A stretch of 64,000 nucleotides of DNA, from the NCBI GenBank assembly GCA_004022145.1, contig RCNU01000013.1, one strand, 5' to 3'. The notes under the pieces are model-generated. The model was not told the origin of the DNA and made no database searches. It worked only from the letters and a program-made list of their open reading frames with translations. The first letter of the stretch is position 1, and the number at the start of each line of letters is the position of its first letter. Shown one piece after another: positions 22,916 to 37,300 of this stretch. The position numbers were made by a program, and so were the translations under genes. Origin of the DNA: Paecilomyces variotii (Eukaryota).

Positions 22916-25555
22916 ATGGAAATGGCCTCACGAAAGCCGAACATGCGCCGGAGCTGTCACTTCTGTAGGTCTCGGAAGATTCGCTGTTCAGGAGAAAGCA
23001 TCTGCACAGCTTGTCGAGAACGAAACATTGAATGCGTCTATGACCTGGAAGCATCCAAGGGACGCCCGAGAGGGAGCAGCACCCGATCAACAACAGGGCC
23101 AGCCTTACCTCGATTAATGGATGGAGGCTACGTATCGCCAAGCGGCTCACTCTTGATGAGCGATGACCTGTCTTCGAGGCCTGGCTCGCGGTCTGGTTCC
23201 CCGAAGGACTGCTTCCTTCTCGACGATCCTCCACGATCCGACATGGACATGACCAACAGCATTGCTGCGGAGCTCGAGATAATGTTCAAAGAGAACTTCG
23301 GAACCGAATGCGATGCACCGAAGACAAATACATACCAAGAGAGGTTCTCTGCCTTTAACGCGAAGGTTAAAGGCACTGAACGGTCAGCATCTACCGAGAC
23401 ACTCTCACCACGTTCTACACCCCTCAGCCCACTCAATTATCGTGGGCTGCTGTCTCTGTTGACACAGGACCTGGTAGAGACACTGGTAACCAAATTTGGA
23501 GGTCTGGGTTGTCAGCCCTTCTTTGCTGAAGAAGGAAGGTTCTTTACCGCTGGCATGGCTCAAGATTGTACTCCCGCCATGTTCCCTCCTGAGCCAACGG
23601 GCCCCAATCCATTGTCAGAGTACGATAGCCATCGTACCACTCAATTGATCGACGTCTGGTTTGCGATGCATCCCTTATCTGTCATGATCTCGAAGACATT
23701 GTTCCTCCGCGCTTATCGGAGCAATACGCATGATGAGATACTGCTTGCAACGATGCTAGCAGATGCACATTTCGCGTCAGGCGATGATACTTCTCGTGCT
23801 CGAGGGGAAAGACTGTTCGACTGGGCGTCAACGCGTCTTCGAGCTCGTACAGTCCAGCAAGCTGACCTTTCCACTGCTCAGGCGTTAATGCTTCTCGGGT
23901 GGCATCACACATGTCTTGGAAAAGTTCGCCGTGCCATCTGTTATATCGGGTACGCCGGTCGAGTGACAACGAAGCTGAAGAATCGATTGCTCGAGACACC
24001 GCAGAAAGGTCTCAGCAGGATCAACGGCATCGACGTCGGAGAAGTCGAAGAAGAGATGATTGGCAACATTTGGTGGATGACTTTCTCTCTTACCCTTTGG
24101 TCGTTTATCCAGATGGACATGCCCTTTTCGGACCTTCTACCAGCAACCACCTTGAGTGTGTTCCCGCCAATGGATGAAACCTGGTCTGTCTTGATCAAAC
24201 TGGACAAGGCTGCCGACAACCTATCAACTTTGCGTCAGCAGTCCGCTACTATACGCGAAGTCTGGCTCCTTAGCCACATCACCTCTACTGCCGGTCATCT
24301 ATATGCCATATACCCTCGATCACAAGAAGCGATGACGGTCCCACAATCCGTGTCATGGCAGGCGACGCTTGTCCAGCGACTGCGCGGCCTACACACGCGC
24401 CAGACAGGAATCGCTACTCTTTGCGCAGACGCAAGGGATGTTCTGCTCCACGTCGTTTCTCTCGTGAAATCGAAAGTCGACGATCCGCTGTCACAGGCAT
24501 TGATGCTGACGGTTTACCACACTATGCTCATCCACCTTCTGTTTCCCCATTCGTATCAGGAACGGGCGGAGATTGAAGTCAGTGAGACATTGATGGATGA
24601 CTTCACGATGTCAGCGAAGGCCCTGCTGAGTGTATTCCCAGTAAGAGAGGAGATGCACAAAGTGGCCAGTCCAGTCGTCGCTGGATCTCCCTGTCCATTC
24701 CCTCACTCCTATGTTCTTGGGCTAGATGCCTGCGGACGGGCACTGGACTATTTTTGCACACGTTTCCAGGAAGGCACCGAGGCAGAAATCAAGATCCTCT
24801 CTGAGAACCTGTCGGAGCTATTGCACTTGGCACAATCGATGCATGCCCTCTTCAAGAACGACGACGTCTTACTCCAAGACCGGCGGTGGAGAGCTGTCAA
24901 GAAACAATTGAAGAGCGTCCGCAAACGCGTGGAGGAATTCCATCGCCCTGGCCACAGCCGTACAGCCTCTGTCGATTCATATGCAACCACGACGGACGAG
25001 TCTCTTGTCCACACGTTGTCCACCGGCGCAACCAGCGCTGCAAGTCCCACCACAACACCTCTCCACGCCGGATTTGGGTCTTCAGTCGACTTGAATAATC
25101 TAAGTCCACTAATGTTTGACAATCCAATGATGCCGATGAGCGGAAGCCTTCCTCTCTCAGACGACGTGCCTTTCCTAGAGGAGGATGTCATGTCAGTACC
25201 GCTAAACGCGACTCTCAACGATCCCGCACATTCGCACGATCTCTGGCTAGGCTTCACCAGTGGATCGACCACCAGCGCAGCGGACCCAAGCTTCTACACC
25301 AGCGCCTTTGTTGACGACTTCAGCAGTGGCATAAAGAGAAGAAACATGAGCTACAGCACCGTCGACAACAGCGCTCACATGGACGCTCTCCACAACGACC
25401 CCACGTTCGCTCCCAGTATGTATCTGAACTTTGGCATGCCAACACCCGTCCCAAGCGAGATCGAGCACCCTCCTCGTAAAAAGGCAAGGGCAAATACGAC
25501 CCCAGAGCCATCCATGTTCTCCGTCCCTTTCCACCCCGCTATGTCTCGAACATAA
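22916..25555 (+). CDS. Zn(II)2Cys6 transcription factor with fungal TF middle domain; likely cluster-specific activator (PynR-like)
   Basis: RRSCHFCRSRKIRCSGESICTACRERNIECVY; uninterrupted ~880-codon ORF located inside the cluster. Confidence 0.9.
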   Translation: MEMASRKPNMRRSCHFCRSRKIRCSGESICTACRERNIECVYDLEASKGRPRGSSTRSTTGPALPRLMDGGYVSPSGSLLMSDDLSSRPGSRSGSPKDCFLLDDPPRSDMDMTNSIAAELEIMFKENFGTECDAPKTNTYQERFSAFNAKVKGTERSASTETLSPRSTPLSPLNYRGLLSLLTQDLVETLVTKFGGLGCQPFFAEEGRFFTAGMAQDCTPAMFPPEPTGPNPLSEYDSHRTTQLIDVWFAMHPLSVMISKTLFLRAYRSNTHDEILLATMLADAHFASGDDTSRARGERLFDWASTRLRARTVQQADLSTAQALMLLGWHHTCLGKVRRAICYIGYAGRVTTKLKNRLLETPQKGLSRINGIDVGEVEEEMIGNIWWMTFSLTLWSFIQMDMPFSDLLPATTLSVFPPMDETWSVLIKLDKAADNLSTLRQQSATIREVWLLSHITSTAGHLYAIYPRSQEAMTVPQSVSWQATLVQRLRGLHTRQTGIATLCADARDVLLHVVSLVKSKVDDPLSQALMLTVYHTMLIHLLFPHSYQERAEIEVSETLMDDFTMSAKALLSVFPVREEMHKVASPVVAGSPCPFPHSYVLGLDACGRALDYFCTRFQEGTEAEIKILSENLSELLHLAQSMHALFKNDDVLLQDRRWRAVKKQLKSVRKRVEEFHRPGHSRTASVDSYATTTDESLVHTLSTGATSAASPTTTPLHAGFGSSVDLNNLSPLMFDNPMMPMSGSLPLSDDVPFLEEDVMSVPLNATLNDPAHSHDLWLGFTSGSTTSAADPSFYTSAFVDDFSSGIKRRNMSYSTVDNSAHMDALHNDPTFAPSMYLNFGMPTPVPSEIEHPPRKKARANTTPEPSMFSVPFHPAMSRT

Positions 25556-26760
25556 GAGCATGCATTCTACAACTCCTTTCCCTCCATACGAACTGTCATG
25601 TCATTCTACAACATCACATCATCTACCTTGATATATACCCGCGACACGAATAAGGCATTATGACGAGATATACGTCCCAAGGACAGATCCATGGCGTTTT
25701 TTTTTTTTTTTTTGTTTTCATCGTTTCCATGTCATGCTCTCTGATTACATTCTAGGTTCAGGCTCAGGATCAGGTTTAGGCTTCGTTTTGGGACTCTTGT
25801 TTTCTCTTGTTTTGGTCTGGGTCCAGTTGAAATTGGGATATGCGCACTGCAATTCCTTTCATCATTATCATCATCATGAATATTATGTCGTCTGTCTTTT
25901 TTCAGAATCATGTACTATTCAGAGACTGAACTGGACACTGCTTTCCTATCATAGATTGCATCGCAGTTACCCATATAGATTATATGATATGAAATAGAAT
26001 AGAGATGTTGTTCACTTTTGCAATTATTCCCATTGATATAATAACTATTGATATAATAATATACAAAGCCATTGGACGACATAAATTACCTAGGTAGTGA
26101 ACTGTTACAGAACGGGGCGTAGCCAGGGAGCTACCCCATGGAGGGGCACAGAGGTGTCAAGTGGCAGTATCCTATACCGCCTTAGGCTTAGCTAGTATTT
26201 AGTACACCTCTCCAACAGGAGGGGAGAATCCAAGCTTCTTTCCTCCTACTATACCGTTCCATGCCATGAACAAAACGTGGCCAGCTAGCTCTAAAGGGTT
26301 GTTCCTAGATAGGATGCCTGCCTTGTATTAGCGCTGGCACAGTCAGTGACTTGCTTTGCTATCTCACCTTCTCATTCGTACCATAGTTGCGGACTGAAAA
26401 TCAACAGTGAGGTCTATTACTTCATTGGTTGGAGGAGATGTGACAGGGCTGGGTCCTGAATGGGTTCAGTGTTCACAGTTAGCTGAATTACTAGGGCCAC
26501 GATCGACAGAGATCGACAGCGTGCATGATTGTACCATACTTTCGCTATTCATAGAAGCAGAACGGAGGAATTAAATTATCATTAGGACTGCTCTAAGCCT
26601 CTAACATGGGGGCCAAAAAGAGAACCGAAAAAAAAGCAAAATCTATGTAAAACGGTGGTTGATCAAGTCTCAAGAGCGTTATGCATGATTCAAGGGGATA
26701 TCATCGATACAAGTAGACAGACAGGGCATAACAGTGCAGCTAGCGTGGAGTAGGCAGATT

Positions 26761-27590
26761 CTAAGCAGTGATGGTGACAATCTGGCCATGGTAAGAATGA
26801 TTCTCCTTGATGAGCTTCTCAAACACCCAAAGACCGACATCATCTCTGGTGATGGTGTAGCCCACGGCGGGCTTTTCCTCCGTGCCCGCCTTGATCTTGT
26901 CGGTACCAATGCTGGGGCCATCCGTCAGCAAGCTAGGACGGACAATCACGTAGTCACTGATGGCACGCTCGCCCTCCGGGTTGGCGACCTCCTTGAGGAT
27001 AGCAGCCTCCATGACCTTCTTGTCCTTGTGCGGCACCTTGAGCATCCAGTGGTACATGGGCATCATGGCGACGGGGAGATCGCGCTTCTTGTCACTGATG
27101 CCGGTGGTGCTGAGCGCCACGAGGGTCGGCTTAGGACCCGCCAGGCTGTTCAGGGCGCTAATGATGGTGGAGATAGCATCTTGGCAGATGGTCGGGTTGT
27201 CGAGAGTTGGCTTCAGAGGGTTGGTGAACAGCAGCTTGCCTCCAATGCCGGAGATGACAATGTCAACGTTGGCTCCGTCGCGGACGAGAGTCTTCTTGAC
27301 GGCCTCAACATCGGTAACGTTGCCAGCGGTGATCTGGAGGTTGGCGGCGATGGCAGAGTCCGAGACCTTGCGTTCGCGGAGTAGATTCTCCAGCTTCGAT
27401 GGGGTCCGCACCACTAGTAGTATCGAGTCAGCCAGTCAGTACGCCACTATGGGGATAAGGTTGGTTTCCACCATGAGGTGAACTCACGAGCATTGCACTT
27501 GTATCCAGCTTCGATGGCTGGAGCAATACACGAGATGGTACTGCCACCAGTCGCACCGAAGAAAGCAAGAGTAGGTTTGGGGCCAGCCAT
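26761..27590 (-). CDS. NAD(P)-binding Rossmann oxidoreductase (atypical SDR / flavin-reductase-like; PynE-like); one intron ~27415-27487
   Basis: MAGPKPTLAFFGATGG..(L)VRTPSKL, DIVISGIG, DKKVME, YVIVRPSLLTDG, YTITRDDVG; divergent from the PKS-NRPS gene. Confidence 0.85.
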
Positions 27591-28377
27591 TGTGGATGAT
27601 TGTTGTGAATGGTATAGTCAGTTATTTTGGGGTGTATAAAGCGTAATTTGTTTCGTGTTCTTCGATCTGGATGAAACTGGATAGAGAGAGAGAAAAAAAA
27701 AAAAAAACAGACAACACTGGGCTTCTTGGCCCCTTTAATAAGGGCATCTGGCCCCCTTCAAGCAGCGCTGGTCAACGCAGCCATGGACGCATCTGCTGCG
27801 CCAGGAAACGGCGAGTCTTTCTGCCCGGCGGGGAATCACGGCGCTTACTTAGTCGGGCAGAACTGAGCTGGTCGGCCTCATCAAAAGGTCCGAGTCGGGG
27901 CGGAAGTTCCCCAGTCCAACAACGGCGAGGATCTCTGCTTAGCGTGCCAGTCTATGCCTGTTCCTGCCATCGTCTGCATCCAGAGCATATCTCTGTATTA
28001 CTGTTCGAACTACTCAGCTTCAGGTATCCCGTGTCTGCGCGGTCATTTCGGGATACTCGTCCCTGCGCTCTCTCGAATACCGCGTCTCTAACCGGGAGGC
28101 TCACCATGGCCCGTAAGCACTCTACGGGGCCATGGCCACAATGGCTGTGGATGGTCTCATCTACGAGCTCGCAGAGTAGGGACACAGAGAATACAAAGGG
28201 TGCAAGGTTCTCCGGCGATTTGAGACCATCCTCGTACCTCACCTCCGGATTGACTTGCACTGTCGGCTCGGGTTTCGAATCTCTCCAGGTTTTGCTTTCG
28301 TGAAAGACTTTCTGTTCTCTATTGTTATACTGTATACCACTATAGACCGATTCACCTCAACCAAATCTGTACCAATC

Positions 28378-31300
28378 ATGGCGTCTCCAATGTCCCGTGC
28401 CTCTCGCATCTCTCCGACTCCGTCGAACTTCTCTCTGTCTCGCCGGGCATCGGGATCGTCTCTCTCTTCTCCGCCACCAGAGACGGACCCAGCCGTGATT
28501 GTAGGCTTGGCTTGTCGTGTGCCCGGTGCACAGAACCCTAGCCAGCTATGGCAGAACATAGAGGCGCAGAAGGACCTGCGCCAGAAGATGCCGTCCAACC
28601 GGTTCAATGTGGACGCCTTCTATCACCCGGATGGGACCAACAAGGGAACTGTAAGTGGACGTTGGGATATCCAGAGAAGAACCTCTTGCTAACTAGATCT
28701 CAGACCAATGCCAAGTATGGCTACTTCCTGGACCAGGACATTGCCGACTTTGATGCGGGTTTCTTCCACATCTCTGGCAAGGAAGCTGAGGCTATGGACC
28801 CTCAGCAGAGACTACTCCTCGAGGTTGTCTATGAAGCCCTTGAGAATGCTGGCATTACACTAGACGAAATCAACGGCTCACAGACTTCTGTGTTTTGCGG
28901 TTGCTTCACTAACGACTACGACTCCATGACCAACAAGGACCTTGAGTACTACCCCAAGTACACGGTCACAGGAACCGGAAACTCCATCTTGGCCAACCGT
29001 ATCTCCTATTTCTACAACCTCCACGGTCCGAGTGCAACCATTGATACGGCTTGCTCTTCCTCCTTGGTTTGCTTCCATATGGGCACGCAGTCCCTCCGCA
29101 ACAATGAGTGTGACATCTCGATTGTTGTCGGCTCAGCCCTCCACTTCGACCCGAACATCTTCATCACTATGACCGATCTCGGAATGTTATCGGTCAACGG
29201 ACGTTGCGCTACGTTCGATGCATCGGGTAGCGGTTATGTCCGTGGTGAAGGAATCTGCGCCGCTGTCCTGAAGCGCCAGAGTCAGGCCGAGTACCATGGC
29301 GATACCATCAGAGCCGTCGTGCGTGCCTCTGCTACCAACCATGACGGTACGAAGCAGGGAATCACCCTCCCCTCCTCCACAGCTCAGGAGGATTTGATCA
29401 GGAGGGTCTACAGCAATGCTGGCCTCAACCCAGCGGACACTCAGTACTTCGAAGCACACGGAACAGGAACTGCTCGTGGTGACCCAATCGAGACAAGGGC
29501 AATTGGAGCAGTTTTCTCGAAATCTCGCAAGGATCCCTTGTACATCGGTTCTGTTAAGAGCAACATTGGACATCTCGAGGGTGCCTCGGGACTCGCTGGG
29601 ATCATCAAGACTACCATGGCTCTGGAGTCTGGAAAGATCCCTCCGAACATGCACTTCAAGAACCCTAACCCTGAGATCAATTTCGACGAGTGGAAGCTAA
29701 GCGTTCCTCAGTCTATGATTGACTGGCCTGCAACAGAGGGCCTGCGCAGAGCCAGTATCAACTCTTTCGGATACGGAGGTACCAATGCACACATTGTTCT
29801 GGAGGCCTACCAGCCTTCAGTGAGAGCCTCCGTGAGTTCTATTGAGCTGCCAAAGGAGTTCGCACCAATGGTCTCCGGAAGACCTCTGCTTATTCCGCTC
29901 ACCTCCCACTCCGAGAATGCTGGGAAACTGCTGGTCTCCCGCTTCGCCGGCTACCTCCAGGAACACCCAGACCGCAGTGTCTCGGACCTAGCTGTGAGCC
30001 TCTCGTCGCGGCGCTCGCTGCACCAACAGCGCTCCTTCGCAATTGGAAACGACCGAGAGAGTGTATTGGAAAGCCTGAACAACCCGTCTCCGAATGCTAA
30101 GTGGACAGCCGCCAGCAAGGAGAAGCCCAGACTTGGCTTCGTCTTCACCGGACAGGGCGGACAATGGTTCGCAATGGGACGTCAACTAATTCTGCAGTCT
30201 CCGCTCTTTAAGCAGACTCTCGAAAGATGTGATACCGTCTTGCAGCGTCTTCCTGACAGGCCTGATTGGTCTGTTATTGAGGAGCTCTTGCGCTCGAAGG
30301 AAGAGAGTCGCCTCGGACAGACTCGCTTCTCCCAGCCAATTTGCACTGCCCTACAACTGGCTATCCTCGATCTGCTGAAGACATGGAACATCGAGCCCTC
30401 TTCCGTTGTCGGTCACTCGTCTGGTGAAATGGCCACCGCCTACGCTGCTGGAATTCTCTCCTTCGACAATGCCATGATTGCTGCTTACTACAGAGGTTTA
30501 TACATGTCGAACGGAGTCGAAGGCGATTCTGTTGTCCGTGGTTCCATGATGGCAGTTGGACTGACTGAGATGGAAGCGCTCGGAGAACTCAAGTCATACC
30601 AGGGCAAGATCTGTATTGCAGCCGTTAACAGTCCCTCTAGCATGACGCTATCTGGAGACGAGGATGCGATTGTTCAACTCAAGGAGAGCCTCACCGAGAG
30701 GAAGATCTTCGCCCGTCAGCTCCAAGTCGCTCAGGCATTCCATTCCCACCACATGCTCCCTCTTGCTCCTGCCTATGAAAAGGCTCTCAATGGCTGCGAG
30801 GGTTTCACTCCCCAGCCTGCCAAGATTCGCATGTTCTCCAGTGTTACTGCTCGTCTTGCCGACCCGGAAAAGATGGGAGCTGAGTACTGGACTGCCAACA
30901 TGACTGGGGCTGTTCGGTTCTCGGATGCCCTGACCGGTATACTCCTTGATGATGAGGAGGAGAAGAACGTTGACATCCTCGTTGAAATCGGACCTCACCC
31001 TGCCCTCAAGGGTCCGGCCCGGCAGGTCGTGCAGTCTCTGAAGCTTGACATCCCATACGTTGCTTCATTGACTCGTGGCGTCCATGACTACGAAGGGATT
31101 CTTACTACTGCGGGTCAGCTTTTCCAGCTTGGATATCCCGTCAACCTCGAAGCAGTCAACAGCGACCATTTCATCTCGGAGACCGGTTCTATCTACCAGG
31201 TCCCACGAGGCCAGAGACTCCGAGATTTGCCCTCTTACGCTTGGGACCACAAGAGATACTGGTCGGAGACTCGCTTTATCAAGGAGCATCGTCTACGCAG

Positions 31301-34300
31301 TCAGCGTCACTCTGTGCTGGGTGCTGTGGTTCCTGGATCCGTGGCGAAGTACCCGCGCTGGCGCAACTACATCCGCCAGAAGGAGCTCCCGTGGCTGTCT
31401 GACCACGTTGTCGATGGGAAGGTCATTTTCCCAGCAGCAGGCTATATCAGCATGGCCATCGAGGCTGTTGCTAGTACTATCGACCGAAGCCTTGGGTTCA
31501 AAGAGGTCTCCTTGCGAGATGTGGTGGTGAAGTCAGCTTTGATTCTGGACGAGTCCGACGTCGGTTCCGAGATCATACTGGAGCTGCGACCGGCCACTAT
31601 TTCAGCCAAATCGAAGTCTGATGCTTGGTATGAATTCGTTATCTCCTCCTATGATGAGAACCAGAGATGCACTGAGCACTGCTGTGGTCTCATCTCCATT
31701 GAAGCTGGGGCTCCTGCTGCGTTCAAACGCCTTGACATCCATCCTACCTTCAAGGCGCTCCACAAGAAATGCAACGAATGTGTTTCCGCGGACAACTTCT
31801 ATCAGCATCTCTGGGATCTTGGTCTCCAGTATGGCAAGAATTTCTCGCTGTTGACGGGAAATCTCGAGACCGGCCCTGGCTTCGCACTGGGATCTCTCGC
31901 CTTCCAGCCAAGCCAGTACGCTGCTGAACAGGCCGATTTGACTATCATGCACCCGACGTTGCTCGATGCTTCCTTCCATGTCATCTTTGCGGCTATTGAA
32001 TCCATCATCGGTCGGCCACTCGACGAGGCTCTCGTTCCAACCTTTATCCGTTCGTTCAAGATTTCTGGTTCTTTTGCTAAGGTGATGACTGCATCTAGTG
32101 AGCAAAACTTCGAAGTCTGCTCCTTCACGCGTCTTCCCGGACCGCGTGTTGCCATCAGTGACCTGCTGGTCGCTGATAAAGGCAGCGATGAGCCTCTGTT
32201 ACAATTCCAGGGCTTGGAAGTGACGTCTCTTGGCGCAGACAGCAATGAAAACGCCGCTTCTAGGTCACTGTTCTTCCGCACCCGGTGGCAACCAGCTTTC
32301 GATCTCTTGAAATCGGATTCTCCTCTACTCTCCAACCGTGACATCAGTGAGTTAGTGGATATATTCGCCCATCAACACCCGAACAGCGCAATTCTCCACT
32401 TTACCCCAAGTGTGCAGCGTACTCGAGATGTCTTGCGCTCTCTGGGCGGCGACTCGAACGAGCGCAGGCGGTTCAAGTCCATCACCCCTGTTTTCTCACA
32501 GGAACTGCCTAGTGAGGAGCTGGAACTCCTGGCTCAAGAGAGGAGTGGACTCATCGACGTTTCCGAGCCCAAGATTGGCGAATATGACTTGGTTATTGTG
32601 AGCAACGCTGCTCAGTCCGATGTCAGCGCCTTTGTGAGAGAGGGTGGTTATGTTATCACTGACGGCCAGACCATCGATGGAAATGGGTTGACTGCTATTT
32701 TCACTACCGGAGACCTGACGGCCTGGCGCAAGGAAGTCGAGCGTGTTTCCAGCGAGGGCCCACTGACGATTATTCTGCCATCTCGGCCTTCGGAACGCAC
32801 TCTAGATCTCGCTCAACGCATCAAGACCATCTATGGCAACCCGTCCATCTCATGCACGTCGTTCGCTACGCTTGCCAATCAGCCAGCCCGTTCTGAGAAT
32901 GTCATAGTTCTCTCCAATCTCGATGAAGCATTGTTTTTCGATGAGGCGCTAGACAGCCAGCAGACATACAAGGCGGTGCAGAGTCTATTGACCAGCGCAG
33001 GCAAGAACATCGTGTGGGTCTTGGAGAGCGCAACCCTGGAGTCCTCAAAGCCGGAACATGCTATGATTGTCGGTCTCGCGCGAGTTGCTCGCAGTGAAAA
33101 TGACCAGCTCCGGCTCGTAACTCTCGATATGCCTTCTGCTCACCCCAATGACCTCACGGCAAAGCGCGTCATTGAAGTGCTCGACCGCAACCTTGAGGAA
33201 GATGAGATTGCTGAACGCGACGGGTCTCTATTCATTCCTAGAGTGGAAGCGGATGACAGCCTCAACTCTAAGTTGCGCAACGGCGTCAACTCCCAGCCGA
33301 GACTCGAACCACTGGGAAGCAGACCACTTGCTCTCAAGATCGGTAAGGTAGGTCTTCTCGAGACTCTGGTCTTCGAGGAGGATGACGAAATCTTGGACCA
33401 TGAACTCGCGGACGATGAAATCGAAATCGAAGTCAAAGCCTCCGCTATCAACTTCAGAGATATTGCAGCCTCGATGGGTATCATCGAAGACTTCAAGCTC
33501 GGTGATGAATGCTCGGGCGTGGTCCTGCGCGTCGGCTCGAATGTTGATAAGGCAGCCTTTGATGTCGGTGATCGTGTCGTCGCGTGGAGACCTGGCCAGG
33601 GTGCTCACCGTACGATAGTACGCAACCCAGCTTCTCTCTGTTACAAGCTTGGCCCGATGCCATTCGCTGAAGCGGCAGCTCTGCCACTGATTTTGACCAC
33701 AGCTTACTACTCACTTGTGGACACTGCCCGCCTGCAGTCCGGTGAATATGTGCTGATTCACTCGGCTGCTGGTGGTGTCGGGCAGATGGCTGTTCAGATC
33801 GCCCAGATGATCGGAGCCAATGTCATTGCCACTGTCGGATCTCAGGCAAAGCGCGACCTCCTCAAGAGCAAATATGGTCTCAGGGATGAGCAGATCTTTT
33901 CTTCCCGCGATGACAGTTTTGTCCAGGGTGTTATGTCCGTTACCGACGGACGTGGTGTGGACGTCGCCCTTAACAGTCTGGCTGGCAAGCTTCTTCACGC
34001 CACCTGGAGCTGCATGGCCGCGTTTGGTCGATTCATTGAAATCGGAAAGCGTGATATCCATGAGAATACTAAGATCGATATGGACCCTTTCCGGAAGAGC
34101 GTCACCTTTGCTTCAGTGGACCTCATCACTATGTTCGAGCGCAACAAGGTTCTTGGCGCTCGCGTGCTCCAGGATTGCTGCAAGTTGGTTCACGATGGGC
34201 ACATCACTCCTCCGGAGTCTATTGCTGAACTTCCTTACTCCGATGTCATCAAGGCCTTCCGTCTTCTGCAGATGGGCAAGCACACTGGAAAGGTTGTTCT

Positions 34301-37300
34301 TGTTCCGCACAAGGAGGACGTGGTGCCCGTTCGCCCGGCAACCTACCGAAACAAGAAGCTGTTTGACTCTGCGAAGACGTATCTTCTCGTCGGTGGACTG
34401 GGAGGCCTTGGACGTACTCTGGCCGAGTGGATGGTCAGAAAGGGCGCCTGCAAGCTAGCTTTCTTCTCTCGCTCGGGAGCTGAACGAGCGGAAGCCAAGG
34501 CCACGGTCGACTGGCTGCAGGCCAGGGACGTACAGGTTTCCGTATACAAAGGCGATGTTGCAAAATATGCGGACGTTGAGTCTTGCGTCCGATCTATCAG
34601 CAACCTCGGTGGTGTCTTCCAAGCTGCTATGGTCCTCCAGGATGCTCCCTTTGACAGCATGACGCACAAGCAGTGGCAGACCTGCACGCGTCCAAAGGTC
34701 CTCGGAGCCTACAACTTGCACAAGGCGACCTTGCTTCAGCCACTAGACTTTTTCGTTTGCTTCTCATCTGCATCTGGCACTATTGGATCCAAGGGTCAGG
34801 CCAACTACTCATCGGCCAATGCCTATCTCGATGCGCTTATGAGACATCGAAGGGAGATTGGTCTCGCTGGATCCACAATGAACTGTGGTATGATCGTTGG
34901 CGTTGGTGCTGTCGCAGAGAACCAGGCTCTTCAGAAGGTCATGGAGCGGATTGGTTATGATGCAGTCAACAAAGAGGAACTTCTATACCAAATTGAAGAA
35001 GCTGTTACCTCGGACAATTCGTTGAAACTTTCGCCGCGTAATGTCGAACTGCACCAGACCATTACCGGATTGAACCTTTCAAAGAACGACCTCTACTGGT
35101 CTTTCAAGCCCTTGTTCAGGAATCTGTACTCCAACAACGACTTCAACCAGAGCAGTGGTCAGACCGAGGGCAGCAAGAACCTCGCCGTATTGCTCCACAC
35201 CGCAGCTACTGTTGAAGAGCGGACGAGCCTCCTGCTCGACGCCTTCATCGAGAAGATTGCCGCTGTCCTTGCTGTGCCTGCTGACACCATCCAACCGAGC
35301 AACCCGCTGTCTGCGTACGGACTGGACTCGATCGTTGCTGTGGAGTTCCGGAAGTGGTTCGCCAAAACTGTTGGCGTCGACCTTGCGCTTTTCGACGTCC
35401 TTGGAGCCGCATCCATCATTGCCCTGGTCAACAAGGCTGTCGGTCTGATCAAGCTTGATACCTCGTCCAGCAAGGATACTTCTGAAGCCTCTGAAGCTAA
35501 CCCCAAAGCTGAAGACAAGAAGGAAACCGAGTCGACTACATCGCAGGCAGTCAGCGTCATCCCCAAGGCTGACACATCGCTGCCCATTCCGATGTCAACT
35601 TTCCAGAGCAGATTGTGGTTCTTGCACAACTTTTCCGAGGACAAGACATACCTCAACCTCCCTGTTGTCGCATACCTGAAGGGTAAACCAGACAGAGTCG
35701 CCCTGCGAGAGTCTTTGGATGAGATGAAGAGACGCAATCCAATTCTCCGAACATGCTACTTCGAGGGCGATGACTTCGCCGAGCAGATGATTACTGAAGA
35801 CTGCGATTCAAGACTCGGGTTCGAGGACTGCTCAAAGGCTGCAGAGCCTAAGAAGGCACTGGCTAAGGTCTCTGCTCGTTTGAGGGCAACAGAGCTCGAT
35901 ATCGAAGAGGGTGATGTTCTCCGAGTGACGCTGATCGATCTCGGTAATGACGAATACGCTCTTGTGTTCATTTGCCATCACATTGCCATTGATCGTGGTA
36001 GTGCTAAGTCATTCTTGGACCAAATGACTGCTATCTATGACGGCATCAAGACCAAGAAGGATCTTTCGATAATTCCTAAGCCGCAGGTCACTTACTCTGA
36101 CTTCACAGTGTGGCACAATGCATTGATCGCTTCTGCGGCACTCCAGCCCGATATCGCATTCTGGAAGGAGAAGCTAGCCGGCATCCCCAGTGCCAGCAAG
36201 CTTCTGCCTTTTGCCAAGTCTGAGAGACCACTTCACAATGACTACTCTAGATCGACATTTACCGGTACACTGAAGACTGGTCTACTCAACCGTCTGAAGA
36301 GAGTCTGCTCACAATCTGGTGCCACTCCTTTCCAGTTCCTCCTCACGGCTTTCCGCGCATTTTTGTTCCGTTACACTGAAGAGAAAGACCTGACCATCCT
36401 GGTTATTGATGGCAACCGACCTCACCCAGACGTTGAAGATGTTCTCGGTTTCTTCGTCAACATGACCCCTATCCGCTGCCAGGATGACTGCGAGGCCAGG
36501 TTCGACCAACTCTTGGAGACATTCAAGGGTCGCACTCTGGAGGCCATGTCTCACAGTAATGTTCCATTCGACGCTATTGTGGACGTAATGCAGGTGGAGA
36601 AGACTACAAGCCACTTCCCTCTTGGTCAGGTTGTTGTTAACTACCAGATGCACGGAACATTCCCTGTGTACCGCACCCAGGACTACAGCATCCATGACGT
36701 CGAGGCGGAGGACATTCCAAGTGCATGCGAGCTGAACCTCGAGGCCCTCGAAGACCCAGAGAAGGGCTTGAACCTCAGACTCGAGTACTCGACGACTCTC
36801 TACGGGGAGAATGATATGGAGCGCTTCTTTGACAACTTCATGGCCTTCCTGAGCAGCGCGATCAGGGACCACCGGCAGCCAATTGAAGAAATCAAGGCCT
36901 GCGGCCCGAAGGAGACCGAGCTGCTGAAACAGAACTACTGGAATATGAGCTACACTCCTAACCAGTGGAATGATGTGAGCGTCTGCCAGAAGATTCTTGA
37001 GAGCGCGGAAAAGCAGCCAGCTGCCAATGCCATCACGACATCCGACGGTGACAGCATTTCCTACGGTGATCTGGTGGAGCGTGCGCAGAGAATTGCTTTC
37101 TCGCTGAAGCAGTCTGGCATCACTGGCGGACAACGAGTTGGACTTCTGTCAAAGCCCGGCATTGATGCTATCACCGCAATGGTCGGTATCTTGCTCAACC
37201 GCTGCTGCTACGTCTCTCTGGACCCCGAGTTCGCAGTTGACCGACTAGCATTCATCGCCTCCGACTCTAGCTCCGCGACTATTCTATTTCAATCTCCTCT

